DNA of 64,000 nt. Source: Trichoplax adhaerens (Eukaryota; Animalia; Placozoa). Under the pieces are notes generated by a model, which did no database searches, was not told where the DNA came from, and worked only from the letters and a program-made list of their open reading frames with translations. A program made the translations under genes and the position numbers. The DNA is taken from contig NW_002060947.1 of NCBI RefSeq assembly GCF_000150275.1, positions 2,717,740 through 2,781,739 of the forward strand, given 5' to 3'. This document shows, piece by piece, positions 37,840 to 51,711 of this stretch. Each line of letters begins with the position of its first letter. The stretch's first letter is position 1.

Positions 37840-40800
37840 ACAGAAAGGATGGGGAGATAATTTTTAATTATGTAGTCTCTACTCAAACTCATGTACTCAT
37901 GCCACTAACTATATGCTTCATATTTAATTCCTCAAGCTAGTGTGATAAGAAAAGGTTCCTGTACTTTTATGACATATCTGGGGGTTTTATGTTGTATAGA
38001 GTCAGTATTTAAACTCAGTAACGACTCTAGAATTCCTTAAAACTGTTTTTGATCTAGATTTACTTAAAGATTGTTCATTTGATACTGATTGCGTGGATAA
38101 CATCTGATTGCAATAGAAAAGAGACTTATGTCGTATTTGGCTCTGTATATCCTAATATTAGGAGTTACTTAACCGCTACAGGCATTTCAGATCTATTGGT
38201 TTAATAATAACTAATTTATGAGGATATTCAATACTGTTTACCATACGTAATTTTCGTTAATACATTAGATATTGTGCTATAGTCATGATTGTAATATACA
38301 AATACAGTTACTATAGGATTCTGTAATAGTGATTGGATACATTGTAATAAAAATTAATATTAAGACTAGTTAGCTTGTGCCTATTAATGCCTAGTTACCC
38401 ATGAAGTAAGTCAGGATATTAACTGATATTTTATAATGCCAGTAAGCGTTTTAGATACAATCAATTAAAATATTGCCAACAAAGTGGGGCTTAAACGATG
38501 ATTACTGCAATTTAGCACATTTTCGTATGAGGAAGCTGCCTTATAGCATGAATTCAATATCGTATTAAATGTAGAAGACTTCTGCTGGTAGATCCAAATA
38601 ATCTACTTTGATTATGTACTCGTATGTTGTGTTTTTCATATAATATGTCAACTTGAGTTTTTAGTTTGAAGCTGTAAAAATCTCTTTTCCGCCGACTGAG
38701 TGATGAGTCATACAGATAACTTTGTGCTAAGTGCGATTTCAAATAATTCTATGTAATATTATAATTATTAGAAAATCTCATTTCTACGATTTAGCGTATG
38801 AGTTAAGCTAGTTTAAATAATAGGATTTGAATCTCATAATTATTTGATATATTAACTTTAACTACGGTACTTAATTCGGGTAATCTTACCTATAGCTAGA
38901 TCGAAACTTGTTAGCTTTTGCAAAGATTAATTTTATGTGACATAGGATCAGATGATATGGTAGGAGAAGCCAAGAATATATTTGTATTCTACAAAATTAA
39001 AGCAATATTTCCGTCTAATATAGGCTTATACAGTACTTTATATTCTAAGTTGAGAGAATTAGGTAACAATTTTCTGGAGATGGTTAAGTTGATAATATTT
39101 GGATATACAGTACATGCACGTAATATGACATGGAATATCTGTCAGAATTCAACTATTATTCATTCGAGCTAGTAGATACTGTAGATATCTTAATTATTCG
39201 TGTTAATATTAAATTTATGATAACTATAGTTTGCATTAGGATTGTGGCCCGTAATTTTCGCAAAGTAATATTTATAGTTCAGGTCCAATTAGTATTTATG
39301 TTGTAATGATTCAGCTAATTATAGTAGTTATGTGTAAAGCCTATACACTACAGCCTCACAGCTGAAACATAAAATCTTTAGATATTTAATAAACGACCTG
39401 ACGATAAAATTTCTGAATAGAAAATTATTGAATACCAATATACTAGTCTCTGACTGTGTAATGCATTATAAAATGAAACATTACGACGATAAGAATTAGT
39501 TGGTTCGTTTATTTAATTGCTAATGACATCTAAAGCTATATCCTGTCCACTGCTTTTAAATCAGCTAGCAGCAAAAGCGGAAATATACGCACAATTTATA
39601 AATGTTGAAATAGTTCAGATAACGCATGGTTCGATGTGTAAGATTAGCTAGTTCAAATAATATAAATATATAAAGATATATGCCAATGATGTACAATATT
39701 TTTGTGTTTGCTGAAAGAAGTAGTAATAAAATTTTTTAGATGCTCTTTTAAAGCAGAAAATGTCATGATAATCCAGATATTGTTGGTAAATAGTTATTAA
39801 AGATTTAAAAGCATTACAAGAGAAATAATAATCCCGATAGTAACGTAGTAAGCAAATATACGCAAAGCTGACTTAAGATTTATAAGGAAAGTGCTGTATT
39901 TAGCACAATTTAACGTGTAAATTATGTAAATGGCATGCCACAATTTGATAGATTTTTTTCAAGTAATTCACGAAACCTATCATATACAAGCTTCTCTTTG
40001 TCACTCATCAATCAGTAATAACAGCTTCGAAAACTCCTAAGGTGCAGACCTAAAAAAATGTTTGTTTTATATCTGACGTCAGAATAGATCTACTTTGATG
40101 GTAGCTAAACAATGCATGTATCAATTAGGTCTTTTTATTTGTTTACACTTGAAAGAGTAATTAATTTTAAGATATTTTATGTCAACAATAACAATCTATG
40201 ACAGCTTCATTATAATTCTAAGGGCTTTCCCACTGATGTTATTTTAAATCTGTGTTGTAATTTCTCCGTATATAACCGATATCTTTAAACTTGATCGTTG
40301 GTAGCTTTTGTGAAATCCTGTTAATATCTTCAGTAGCGCTTGTATTAATAAACCTAATTATGGAGATGTTAGTTAATAATAGTCTAGTACACAATTTTAT
40401 TGGCATAAACAACAACAAGATCTACAACTTTGTTAGTAATTAAACTTACGGAGTGCATTTTATCCTCTAATTTCGTCTTGTGTTAATAAATTCATTACAA
40501 TTCGAAAATATAATCTACCAGATCAGATTCTTGTTAATTGATTATCCGCTTCCTTCGTGTAAATTGGCGGCTACGTGTATATAATGTTGATCTCTACCAT
40601 ATGATACTAACAAGATTGCATTATATTAATTTATAAGATATAAACTGAATAAGTGTTCCTCTACTCCTAGTAATTGACATTAATTCTGAAAACTACCGTA
40701 TCTTACAGCGAGTAGAGTAACTGTATTACTTATGGCGAGATAAATACTGAGTTCAACTTTCACCAAAATGCTTAGCTAATTCATTATGTAAGCTTTCAAT

Positions 40801-43800
40801 TCCAGATTTAGATACTGCAGTACTATCGTAGAGAAATGCACTTGACAATTCTTATTTACAGATGTTAGTTTAAGGAATGATCGTCCTTATCTTACGTTAC
40901 TAAAAAAGCAGTTCATGATTTCGAGAGACACTATGGCAGAAACAGTCTATCATTATTTTGTCCGCATATAAGATTAATTAATGAATGAATAAAATCGGTC
41001 AGAAAAAGCTGAGGCCTATGTATAGGCCTATACATCAGGAAGTTGCACTACATTTGATATGAAAACACTCTGAACTGTGTTGAACGCAATAAATTTATAT
41101 TGATTTAACCAAAAATAACCTTTTCTAGTACTATCGGATATAGCAACTTTCGTAAAAATGAAACAAACACTACTGATACAACATGAATATATGATTTACT
41201 GTACAAGTTGGACGAAAAGCTTTGTTGTGACGGAAGCTGATCAATGGGTGCCGTAAATTTAAAACGAGTGTTGAATGATATCGTGAGTTTAGGAGACTAT
41301 TTCAGTAAGGTTTCTTATTCATATTGTTTTTGACATACTGGATGTGTGTTATTGTGTTAGTAATCTTTAATTATATGTAAAAGATAACAATATATCATTA
41401 TAGAAACCATTTTGCAGCCAATGTGTTGCATCCATGCTGATAGTGTAGAGTCTTTCACTCTAATATCATTAGTTTAGTCTTGGCTTGAAATCAATAGGAA
41501 TAGCTGTGATAATGATGACCGTTTAAATTGATTAGGTTGCTGGTAGAATCCTTACATTAGCCTTGTCCTTAAATTATAATTACTTTTGGTTGAAATTAAT
41601 TTGTCGACATGCAATAGTAATATCTTTTATTAACTCTGTAATACAAGTATACAGTACTATTTAAAGCATGTATCCGTAAAATCGTAGACATAAAATCAGT
41701 TCTGTATTGATTTCTTTTGTATTTCTTCGGCTGTTCTAAAAAACATTCCTTTTCTTTGTACGATAATATAACCTGCACGTTAGGTAATTTTCCAATAAAT
41801 TCTATTTCATTAAATTCTTAGTTTGTGTGTTTTTGTCATTTCCATCACATAGGTAAAACTTCAATGCGTAATTGCGGTATAGTCGCTTTAACAACAAAGA
41901 AATTACTGCAAATTTAAAAAAATAGCCTTACAGTATCGTATTTTTTCTATATAACGGCAACAAAATGTGATATCTTTACAGTCATTTTATTATATATTTT
42001 AGTAGTTGAAGGCTAGCCACTGAATTAAATGAATTATATTAATTGTAATGATATTTATTGAACAAAGTTGCTGTACTACTGTAAGCTACAGATATAGTAC
42101 AAATAGCCTTGTTGGTTATTTAAATTACGCCAAGGCCAAGTCAACTGCCCTTGATGTGAAAAACTTGCATCTATAACTTTCAAAGTAGTATTAAAGTACA
42201 AAAGTAGCAAGGTAGAAATAATTTATTAAAGCATGTGTTTCTGGCAAATTTTACAATAATAAATTCTTTAAATTTCAGGCAGCAATTGTATATAATGTAT
42301 CTATTTTATCACTAATTCTATGGGAAGAAATATTATTAACGTCCACACTTTGAAGTTCGGCCATTATAAATTGTTTTAAATAGTAAGAATTAGTTAATGA
42401 GAAAGCTAGGTCAGGAATATTAAATTAGAAATACCTGTAAGTTGATTTTATCGTACGAGTAATTTTGTAGTCGCAATTTCATGTTATAACAATAATTGAC
42501 CGATCCAACTTACTCATGTGTCTAAAATAGCTTCATTTTATTACTTTAAAATGTATGTTTGTATACGGGTGTATGATACCACCACAGATTTTCAGTGGGT
42601 GTATGAGAATTTCTGGTTAAGTTATCTTTCTGATAGTGATATATTTGTTGCTTTAGCTAATAAATTATTAGGCTGGATGCAAATGTTGATTCTTCTAGCC
42701 ATAACCCTAATTCATGTTCCGAAATAGGGCCACTCTTTAGCAATGCATGAAAAGTGATAACTATAATAATAAATTTGTGTTTAAAGCTTGACATCTATAC
42801 TCGTATAAATGATACATTTATCATAATGAGCTATGAAATTGATGTTGTTTACAAAATAGAGCTTAGATCTTAGTCCATTGCTAGTGTAATAACAACTAGA
42901 AATGAGTATATAAACGTATAAGTACCTTAACTGGTTACAAAATCGATTTTTTTCAATTAATCGGAAAACGTAACTGCTATCAGTTACACGAATAGAATTA
43001 ACTATCAGCCTTCTGCACATAAATCCATCACTGTCAAGCTGACGCGTGCACTTAAACACTGTATTTGTGTTAAATAGTAACACATTAATTTAAAGCTTTC
43101 AATGCATTACATTTCTTAGGACTTAGTTGAAATAGTGTTTGGTATATAGGTAGTACGTAATTTTGAGCGAATATACTTTATTAATTTTTGTTGAAATTTC
43201 TCTTTTGGATTAAAAAATATATTTGATTGCGGGGTTGAATATACGGTAATATTTTCATGGAACGATAGAAATACAACACAACAGGAACTCTAACCATCCT
43301 TCCTTTATTTAATGTGTTGTCTGGATTTGGTATGTATAATGCTCGTTTATGATTTAATTTCTATGTGTCATAGAAATCTGGTCTAAGATTCTAAGAATCA
43401 AATCTGTTTTAGTACTGTATTTGTTACGTCCTAAATAAATAGACTAGGAGTAAAATCACTTGACATACGTAAGATATGACAGTTATGTCATATACTATGT
43501 AATGTACTACAAGGAATAAACTTTTCGCTTGCATAGCAAACGTTTTCAGTCACAATGGAGCAAAATATTCAGTAATGAAAGTTATCACTTAAAGGCCGGT
43601 TAGTAAAGTAATTTTAGACTATTTTGGAGTCTAACACGTCTGTGTTGTCTAGTAGTATCACATCCATTACCAGAAGCATTGTATGGTACTGTATGGAGGA
43701 AATAAACTTTTAGGTTACGAAAAATTTTTTCATGCATGTCCAACGAATGCGCGCAATGATAATGCTAAATTTCAGAAAAAATATATCAATATTTACAATA

Positions 43801-44232
43801 AAGATTTATCTGTAATCTGCAACAACGAACCATTTCGAAGTGTTGTAAAAAATTAAAAATTTTGTACACTGAACAAAGACTGACATGAGTTGAAGAAATA
43901 ATAAGATTTCAAAGTTTAAGCATAAATAAAAGAGATAAAAGTAAGAATGCTAATGTAAAAATATCGGCATGTTGTTCTAATGTGATATCATAGAATGTTG
44001 AGATGTCACAGCTTGCTAGAAAAGGGAATACATTTTGCAAGGCAATGACTGAATATCAGCATTACATAGGGTGTCATATACATTGATTCGTTTGGTTACC
44101 ACGAATATTGAAATGGAACTATACTAAAGTAGCACATTCTAAGAATTTGTCAAGTCACTTGTCTAGTTTATGTAGTGATAAAATAGATAATTAAACGATT
44201 TTTAGTATTAATTTGTTTAGAAATACAACTAT

Positions 44233-47200
44233 TCAAGCCGATTTAGTTTTCCATCGTAATTGCTCGATTTCCAAACGAAGCTGATTTCTTTCTCGCTTCA
44301 AGGTGTTCAGTTCTTCTTGTAAGATAGTTATAGCTGAGAGATTTTTCCTTGATGCAAAGAAGAAATATTTATTAAAGTGGGATATATTTTAAGTTGATTT
44401 GGCTATTGATGGTGTTAATAACATAACGCACAGTCAAAAAATGGGGTACCAAAAATATACATTTTACATCTAATATTAATTTACAGTTAGAGTATAGATA
44501 TAATTGAAGAGAATAACAACCATTTAAAGTATCTATTAGGCGTAGACGCCTGTACATGCTCCACATACAAGTTAAAGTATAGATACGAGAACATTATTTT
44601 CGCTCTTTCATTAGTAAATAATACACGCTAAGAACAATTTTTTATTTATGAATCATACTATGGGGCTTATAAGAAGTTGATTTACAATAGAGGATGGAGG
44701 CTTACTTCTCTGTTCGTATTTTTGCATTGACTATCGCTTCCAGTTCCTCATTTCGTAGCTCCAAATTTTTTATATACTTTTTCGTTTGATTGTTCAATAA
44801 CAGCTGTATGTTTATATAAATTGATAAGAAGTGCGTTATCAACGGATTAAGTCCTCAAAATCATAGTAAGATTGTCTTTTAATTAGTATAGGATATCCTT
44901 ATTACGTCTTTCTAGGTTAGTACGATCACTAAATGAGTAATGTAACCTACTAACTGATACTAACTCTTAGTAAAAGAATTATTGTTAGATTTACTAGAGT
45001 CCTAGTTTAAACAATTACATGATAAGGGTAGAAGTCAGACTAGCAAGAGAAGGCATTAAAAAGAGCGTCATTGTTATAATGACATAACAGATATTCCTAA
45101 TATTCGTAATACTTAAGATATCATGGCAACTATATATTATTATTCTGCTCTGTCTGTCATTAGTATACGAGTACATGATTACATTAAAACAATAAGAGCA
45201 GAATTAATGCATTGTCGGATGAAGTCTCTGAATAGAAATATGATACTCTACTATGTGATTATTACCACTATAAAATAAATTTAAATTCAGTAGAAGTGTA
45301 TTGCTGGCTTATTGAATACTGTAATGCTGCTTCATAATTATAAATAAGAAACAATTATAAATAAACAATACTCAAGTCTATATGATGGCATATATTTAGA
45401 ATGATTCATTTTAAGGGTGCATCAGCAAAGGGAAGCGTCCACTCAAGTCAATTAATTTAAATTTACCTGACTAGCGATTTCTTGCTTTTCAGTTTTAAGT
45501 CGATTTATTTCTTGGAATTTTAACTCTAAAACAGCTTTTAAGCTCTCTAATTCTTTCGGCATGTTTTCACATTTTTCTACAGCATCCTATAGGTTGTGAT
45601 ATTACTACAGTAAGTATCGAGACTTTTCAGATTATAAGTCATAAAGATTTCGTTAATAAATTAGTAAAGCATAGCTTAACCAAAGACTTCTAGCTTTTTC
45701 GAACTGGAAGTGTTTTAAAAGGTTTGAGCAATTTATTTATTTACTACGCCGACATTGGTCAGAAACGTAAATACTACAGTATGTGTCCGTTCTAATAAAT
45801 TATCAAAAGAAACTTTAAATTTGACTAAATTTCGGCTTACCTGAACTCGTTGGTCGTGATCAATACTAGAGGTACATTCTAGCTCGTGCACTCTATCCTT
45901 CAGCGTCGCAATTTCGTTACAAAGGTTGAAGCTTTCATCCTACAAATTTAGTAATTTTCTCAGATGATGCGTTACGTCATGATATTCAAAAACACACCGC
46001 CACAATAGTAAAATTTACGAGTAATGTATATTGAAAGTGTAACAGTAAGCCACATTAGACGTCGCATTTGTCTTACGTGGAAACAGATCAGAATTATTAT
46101 AAAGTTTGATATTATTGTACCTCTAGAATTGATCGTGACTCTTTGTTTTCATTCTGGATATGTTGAATTTGTTCTTCGTGTTCTTTCTGCAATTTATTAG
46201 TTTTACATTCCATTCTTACGATTTCCTTACTGTGAGCTCTTTTTAGTTCTGCGTATTGCAACAGAATATGATTAGCATTTAGGGTTGAGAAATAAGTTTC
46301 TTATATTGCATTTACTATCAGATTTATCAGATTTACCTGACATTGAGATTTGATGCTTAGCTTCTAGGGATGCCATTTTCTTAGCATGTTGAACGTTAAC
46401 ATCCTTCAACATTATCATTCTACTTTCTTTCAAACGTTTAATTTGTTCCTGTTGTCTTAATTTCAATCTATCAATTTCAGATAAGTGTTCTTCCCCATCC
46501 TTAATTTCTATATAAACTTTTCTTTCCAGGGCATCAATCTATGTAAGGAAGAAATATATAATTCATTCAGGTTTGCGTATTGTCTTTATATGCACTCAAC
46601 CTGTTGCTACAATTAAAATGTTGCTCAATAATACGCCCACGTATATCCTATGATGTAGGAGTCTACAAACTAGGTTGTAAAAACCGTAGATTATACAGTA
46701 TATCACTATTATGTCATGATCTAATTTCTATTTTTATACATTGGATGCGAAAAACTTGAGTATGACTTCTTCTAATGTTCCGTTTATTAGTCAAATTTAA
46801 TTTAATCCCCTTAGTACAACATAAATTTACCTTTAGACGAAAGGATTATGCTGTTCTTACTTGCTACAGAGCAGCCTAGGTACACGTATATTCAATTTTA
46901 TCCTGACAATGTTACATGATCTAACTGATCACTTACTGTTGATTCGTTGAACTTGCAGTAGCAACATTACAGTAGATCTACAATACTTATTGGTACAAAG
47001 CTCATTCTTAAGATTACTGTAGACTCTGGCCAAATAAAATTAATTAAACGTACAAGTACACGTACTGTAGATTGTATTGCTCTCGTTTCTTCATCTCCCT
47101 GCCATGAGGCTAATCTATGCCTGTGTCGTCTCCCAACTCTAACTGTAAATAAACACTATCTACTCTCAATCATCTTGCCTTCGTCTCCATCAAGTATAGT

Positions 47201-49534
47201 TAACACTACAGTATTGTTATTACCATACATAGTATTCTATTTTTGAACCTACAGCATTATATGCAAATAAAGGTCTATACGGCAATGAAAATGTCACACA
47301 CTGTTTTCTAAATTCTTTATATCCATATCGTAATGAAGTATATCCGGTTGTTACAGATACGTTTGAATTTTATGTTGAATACAGGTTATTTTCAAAAGGT
47401 CAATTTGAGAACAGATTACATTTTAGAGCAGGAATGTACTTTCATCCTTATAAGGGATTACCTTATTCTGTAAAACTTGAATGACGATGGCCAATGCTTC
47501 ATTAGCTATATTCTTTTTATGTGCAACTTTCTGCCAAGTTTGACTACTTCTTTTTTGATCTTTGTATAGATGAGTTAATTGAAATATTTCTTTGTCAGCG
47601 TCGAATTTCAATTGAAGTAAATCTTGCTCAGCCTGTTGTTTGGCTTGTTTAATCTGGTTATCTGTTTCCAACTTAATTTCTTCGACCGCTTTAGCAGCTA
47701 GGAAATGAGCTTCCTCAATTGCTTGTGACGCTTCCATTTTTGCGTCTGTTACTTGTGCTTTAGCCTTTAATAACTCTTTTTCTAGGTCTTCTCTTTCTTT
47801 ACTTGCATTACTTTTAATGCTAAGATTGGTCGTACTCCTACTAAATCGCCCTAACGTTAAGCTACTAGCACTAGCAGGGCGTTTTGATTTTTCACCAAGT
47901 AGACTAGAATTGCTAAGGGACTTACTTGTGTTACTAATACGAGGGCTTACTTTATTACCAGTGGTAAGTCCCTGAGCACTATGGCGCGATGATAAATTTT
48001 TCGCTTTGATATTTTTATTTTCTTTATTAGTACTTTCCTCGTGATTTTGATTGCTAGTTGGAGTTAGTTTCTTATCGCTAGTGTCAACTCGCGTCTTAAT
48101 GACTCGTGAAGGTAGTTGCGATGCACTTGCGGCATGCTTCAGACGATCACGTGGAGATGCTGCTGAAGTTATTGGTGAAGTAGATGTAGCAGATTGTTTT
48201 TGCTGCGAATTTTTATCATTATGCAAAGCAACAGCACTAGAAGATTTTTTGATGGAAGGTTTACTATTAAAAGGCGGACTTGTCGCGGTTGGTGATTTCA
48301 TTGCTGGTAACTTGCTAGGCAAAAGTGATCTTTTCTGTAACTTTAAGCTTCTTGGGGGCGAAATATTATTCGATCTACTTAAAGTATTACGTCGTTCTCT
48401 CCTCTTTTCTTCTATACTATCTTCAAGAACTTCATTAATATTTTCACCTACATCGCTGTGACTTCTTTGTCTTTTGGGTTTGGTCGTATTTGACGGCAAA
48501 GAATTTTCAGCTGATAGAGTTGTTTCGTCGTATTTGCTGTCATTGCTTACATTCGGATTGTGTCTCTTATCAATAACTATTGTTTCGGATCTTATTCTAT
48601 TTAATGATTTATCCAACTTTGAATCATTAACCGTTAAAGAAATATTACAGCCCTTGACATCACCGGCTTTTCTTGTGCTATTTCGGGTATTCTTCCTAAT
48701 TCCTTCCGTGTTAGCTTTATCCTCTTTACTCATTCTTCTAGTTATGATCTTAGGACGAAAGCTTACCTGATTAACACTTTTGCTGTCGTTACTATCAACA
48801 TTTGGCTTCTTATGTGAACTTAAATCTTCACTACGTGAATTGCATTCGATACTGGTCACAGTTGCGAAATTTTTATTGGCTTCAGGGGCAGCATCCAAAT
48901 CGTCATTGTTACTATAGTTCAGGTCTTGGACAAAAATATCTGGTTTTGATGAAGTAGTATTTTCATCATTTGGACTGGCAATTTCGTAATCATCATCTAT
49001 AATTCCTAGCTCAGCAATCTCTTTAGTTTGATTACTTTGATAAGAATGACTGTCATAGCTGATAGAAGTATTTGAAGTATCTATGATTTCTGTGCTGCAT
49101 GAAATACTATCCGAAAGTTGGCCAACTTGGTCGGTATTAATAACAATTGGATAATCATGATCACTAATATTAGTGGTAATTGCATTACCAATAATATTAT
49201 TTTCTGTTTTATTAAACTGCCTTTTATCATCTTCCGTCATATTACTATCATGGTGATTGATAAGATGAGTATCAGAATCCGTGTTGATGCTTTGAACGTA
49301 GTCTGGATCGTCTAGAATGCCTTGATCATCTATGATACCAAGTTCTTCCTTTTCAGCTTCTGTAAAATGATCATATTCAGAGTTATCGATAACTTCGGCA
49401 TCGTTCAGTGACGTTTGAATTTGATAATCAGGGTCATCGAGGATTCCGTCATCATTAATATAATTGGGGTCATCCAATATTCCATCGTCTGTTTCTACAT
49501 AATTAGGATCATCCAGTATTCCATCATCTGCCAT
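44233..49534 (-). CDS. MTUS1/MTUS2(CCDC69)-family microtubule-associated coiled-coil protein, 7 coding exons (47462-49534, 46337-46538, 46121-46248, 45841-45939, 45467-45586, 44706-44803, 44233-44347), about 944 aa
   Basis: C-terminal coiled coil with EALAIVIQVL, KELESLKAVLELK, RNEELEA and QLRLEIEQLRWK, matching MTUS-family motifs. Long acidic then Ser/basic disordered N-terminus. All phases are consistent, and an in-frame TGA lies just upstream of the ATG. A probable 5'UTR exon ends at 51603 (CAAG|GTAAGT). Confidence 0.82.
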
Positions 49535-51711
49535 CCCTCATAACTTTATCTTTCGGCCCTGGTGTATAGCGGATGATATTTCTAAAGTGCCTATTGTTTA
49601 ATCAGTAAAGAGGTTATAAATCTCTCCAAACAATGTGCAGGGGACTGAAGGGAAATATTAGGAATAAGACGCCATTAAAGTATATATCTAAAGAAATTTC
49701 TAATCATTTTACATAACGTCCGTTTAATTTCTCTAAAACTTCGGCCGATTATTCTGTAAAGGATATTGTGATATTGTAACTGCAGTGATTGAAGTGCTTT
49801 ATGAAAAGTCATTATGATCAAGTATTTACAGCAAATAATTAATTAGAACTGGCCTGGCCAAAGAAATTATCCAAAAAATACTATACGTATTCATAAGCGC
49901 ATATCATAATTTAACACTGACGACATTGATATTATTGTGCGGAATTGTACAATATTCCTTAGCAGAGTACGACGTTACTGTGGTAAGCAGGAAGTGGGGC
50001 ATTATTTTGCCTTCTATCTATACAGTACGTTTATTCACCCAGTGTTTATGTACAAAATTTGTTTGTTAAATATACAAAGAATAGATTTAAAAACTACTCA
50101 CGCAAGTCACTCTGATTGAGAATATTCTTGAAATTGTATTACATCAATGAAGCATGAAATCAAAGCAGGTCGATATCGTCAACCATGTTACGTGGTTTAG
50201 CAGAGCAATCGTTTAATCAAAATTATACTTGGAGTAGAGATATACTAATGGAGTAAATAAATAAAACCGAGTTCTACAGTACAGTATATAGCAAACAGTT
50301 GCGTAAGTTATAGTGTATGTCGTTAATTAATTTCCCTAATAAAATTTTCGTAAAGGTCTATGTTGAGAGTGCTCAAAGAGAAAAATTACTTCAGAGTTTT
50401 GCTGAATCAAGTTGAGATTATGATGAATGCAGATTGAAGTAATATTATTCTTATAATTTTATGTGTGTAGCACTAGAACAGTATACTTTATATCATACTG
50501 TACAGTACTGTATGAGAATTATCGTAAATGTTGTGTAATTGATAGCGCCATTGACAGTGGTATTCGCTTTGATAAACTTACAGTTAATTAAAGTTCTTAA
50601 TTAAATTAAAATTAACATACACAGTTTTAAGAATATCTATCAATCTATGTACCTATGTATGTGTGTGCATTAATACTAGAAAATGAAACGATTAGATTGA
50701 TAGTAGATAAAGGATGCAGTACATTTCGCTTTTAGTTTCTACTATTAATCGTGGTAGATACCCGTATTTCCTATTACAGAGTCATTAACGTTTGGAGACG
50801 ATGTTATCATAAAAGAGAGAGTACGTCGATAGTAGTTATGAGTGACAATAGTGTGGGACTGCATTTTAGGTCGTCTGAATTTAGGATAGTCTGTTTAACT
50901 TGCGCTCACGTTAGCATTCTCTACATGCTGTACCATATAGCGGGTACGGATATTCAAAATCTATAACGAGGCGGACATTTTGCATTTGGAATCAATAGAG
51001 TGTTACATGTGATTGGGTCACTATTCATGATTTCGTAATATACTTACTGTATTTTATTTACTGTACTGAAGTAAATATGGCAGGTTATTATTCGATATGA
51101 CTATTTGGCGTGACGTAGAGTTGTTAAACGGAAAACACTATATCTAGTAAGCCTACAGTACTCATATAACAACTACTTCTAAACCGCTAAATCGAAACGT
51201 TCGTATGGTAAGGTGCTAGCAATATCGAAGTACTCTTTCAGAAGTTTAATTATTATTGAATAACGACGAAATCGTTCATAAATGCTTAAAATCTGTGACC
51301 AGAAGTGCTAAATGTAACATAACTGAGATATACTATACTTATTGTGGAGACTTCTGGCCTGCCAATACATAATATATTAATAACCATAACTAATTATATA
51401 ATAAACTGAGCTAAATGGAATAACAACTGTGTAGAGCGAGATACGCGTATCTACGTAAATAAAAGAAATAAAATATAAAAATATCAACCAGCGAAAGATG
51501 TACATGTACTGTATAGTAATGTTAGTTTACAGTAGGTTGACACAGTCGCTTCCTGATAACTATGCAAGTAGTTGCAGTAATTTTATATCTTACGTAACTT
51601 ACCTTGCATGAAGATTGAACAAATAACCTTCGAACAGTCACAATTAATTAATGTTTAATATTATTTTGCAGAGCTTTATATGGCGAACTTATCGACGCTG
51701 CGTTTATGGCG

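Noticed and set aside
39625-39640. GGTTCGA T-loop-like motif
   Set aside because: No cloverleaf stems or A-box, so not a tRNA.
48051-48770. Plus-strand ORFs 48051-48461 and 48474-48770 (similarly 4676-4885, 6375-6611, 14540-14740, 27661-27858 and minus-strand 63405-63602)
   Set aside because: Antisense shadows of real exons.
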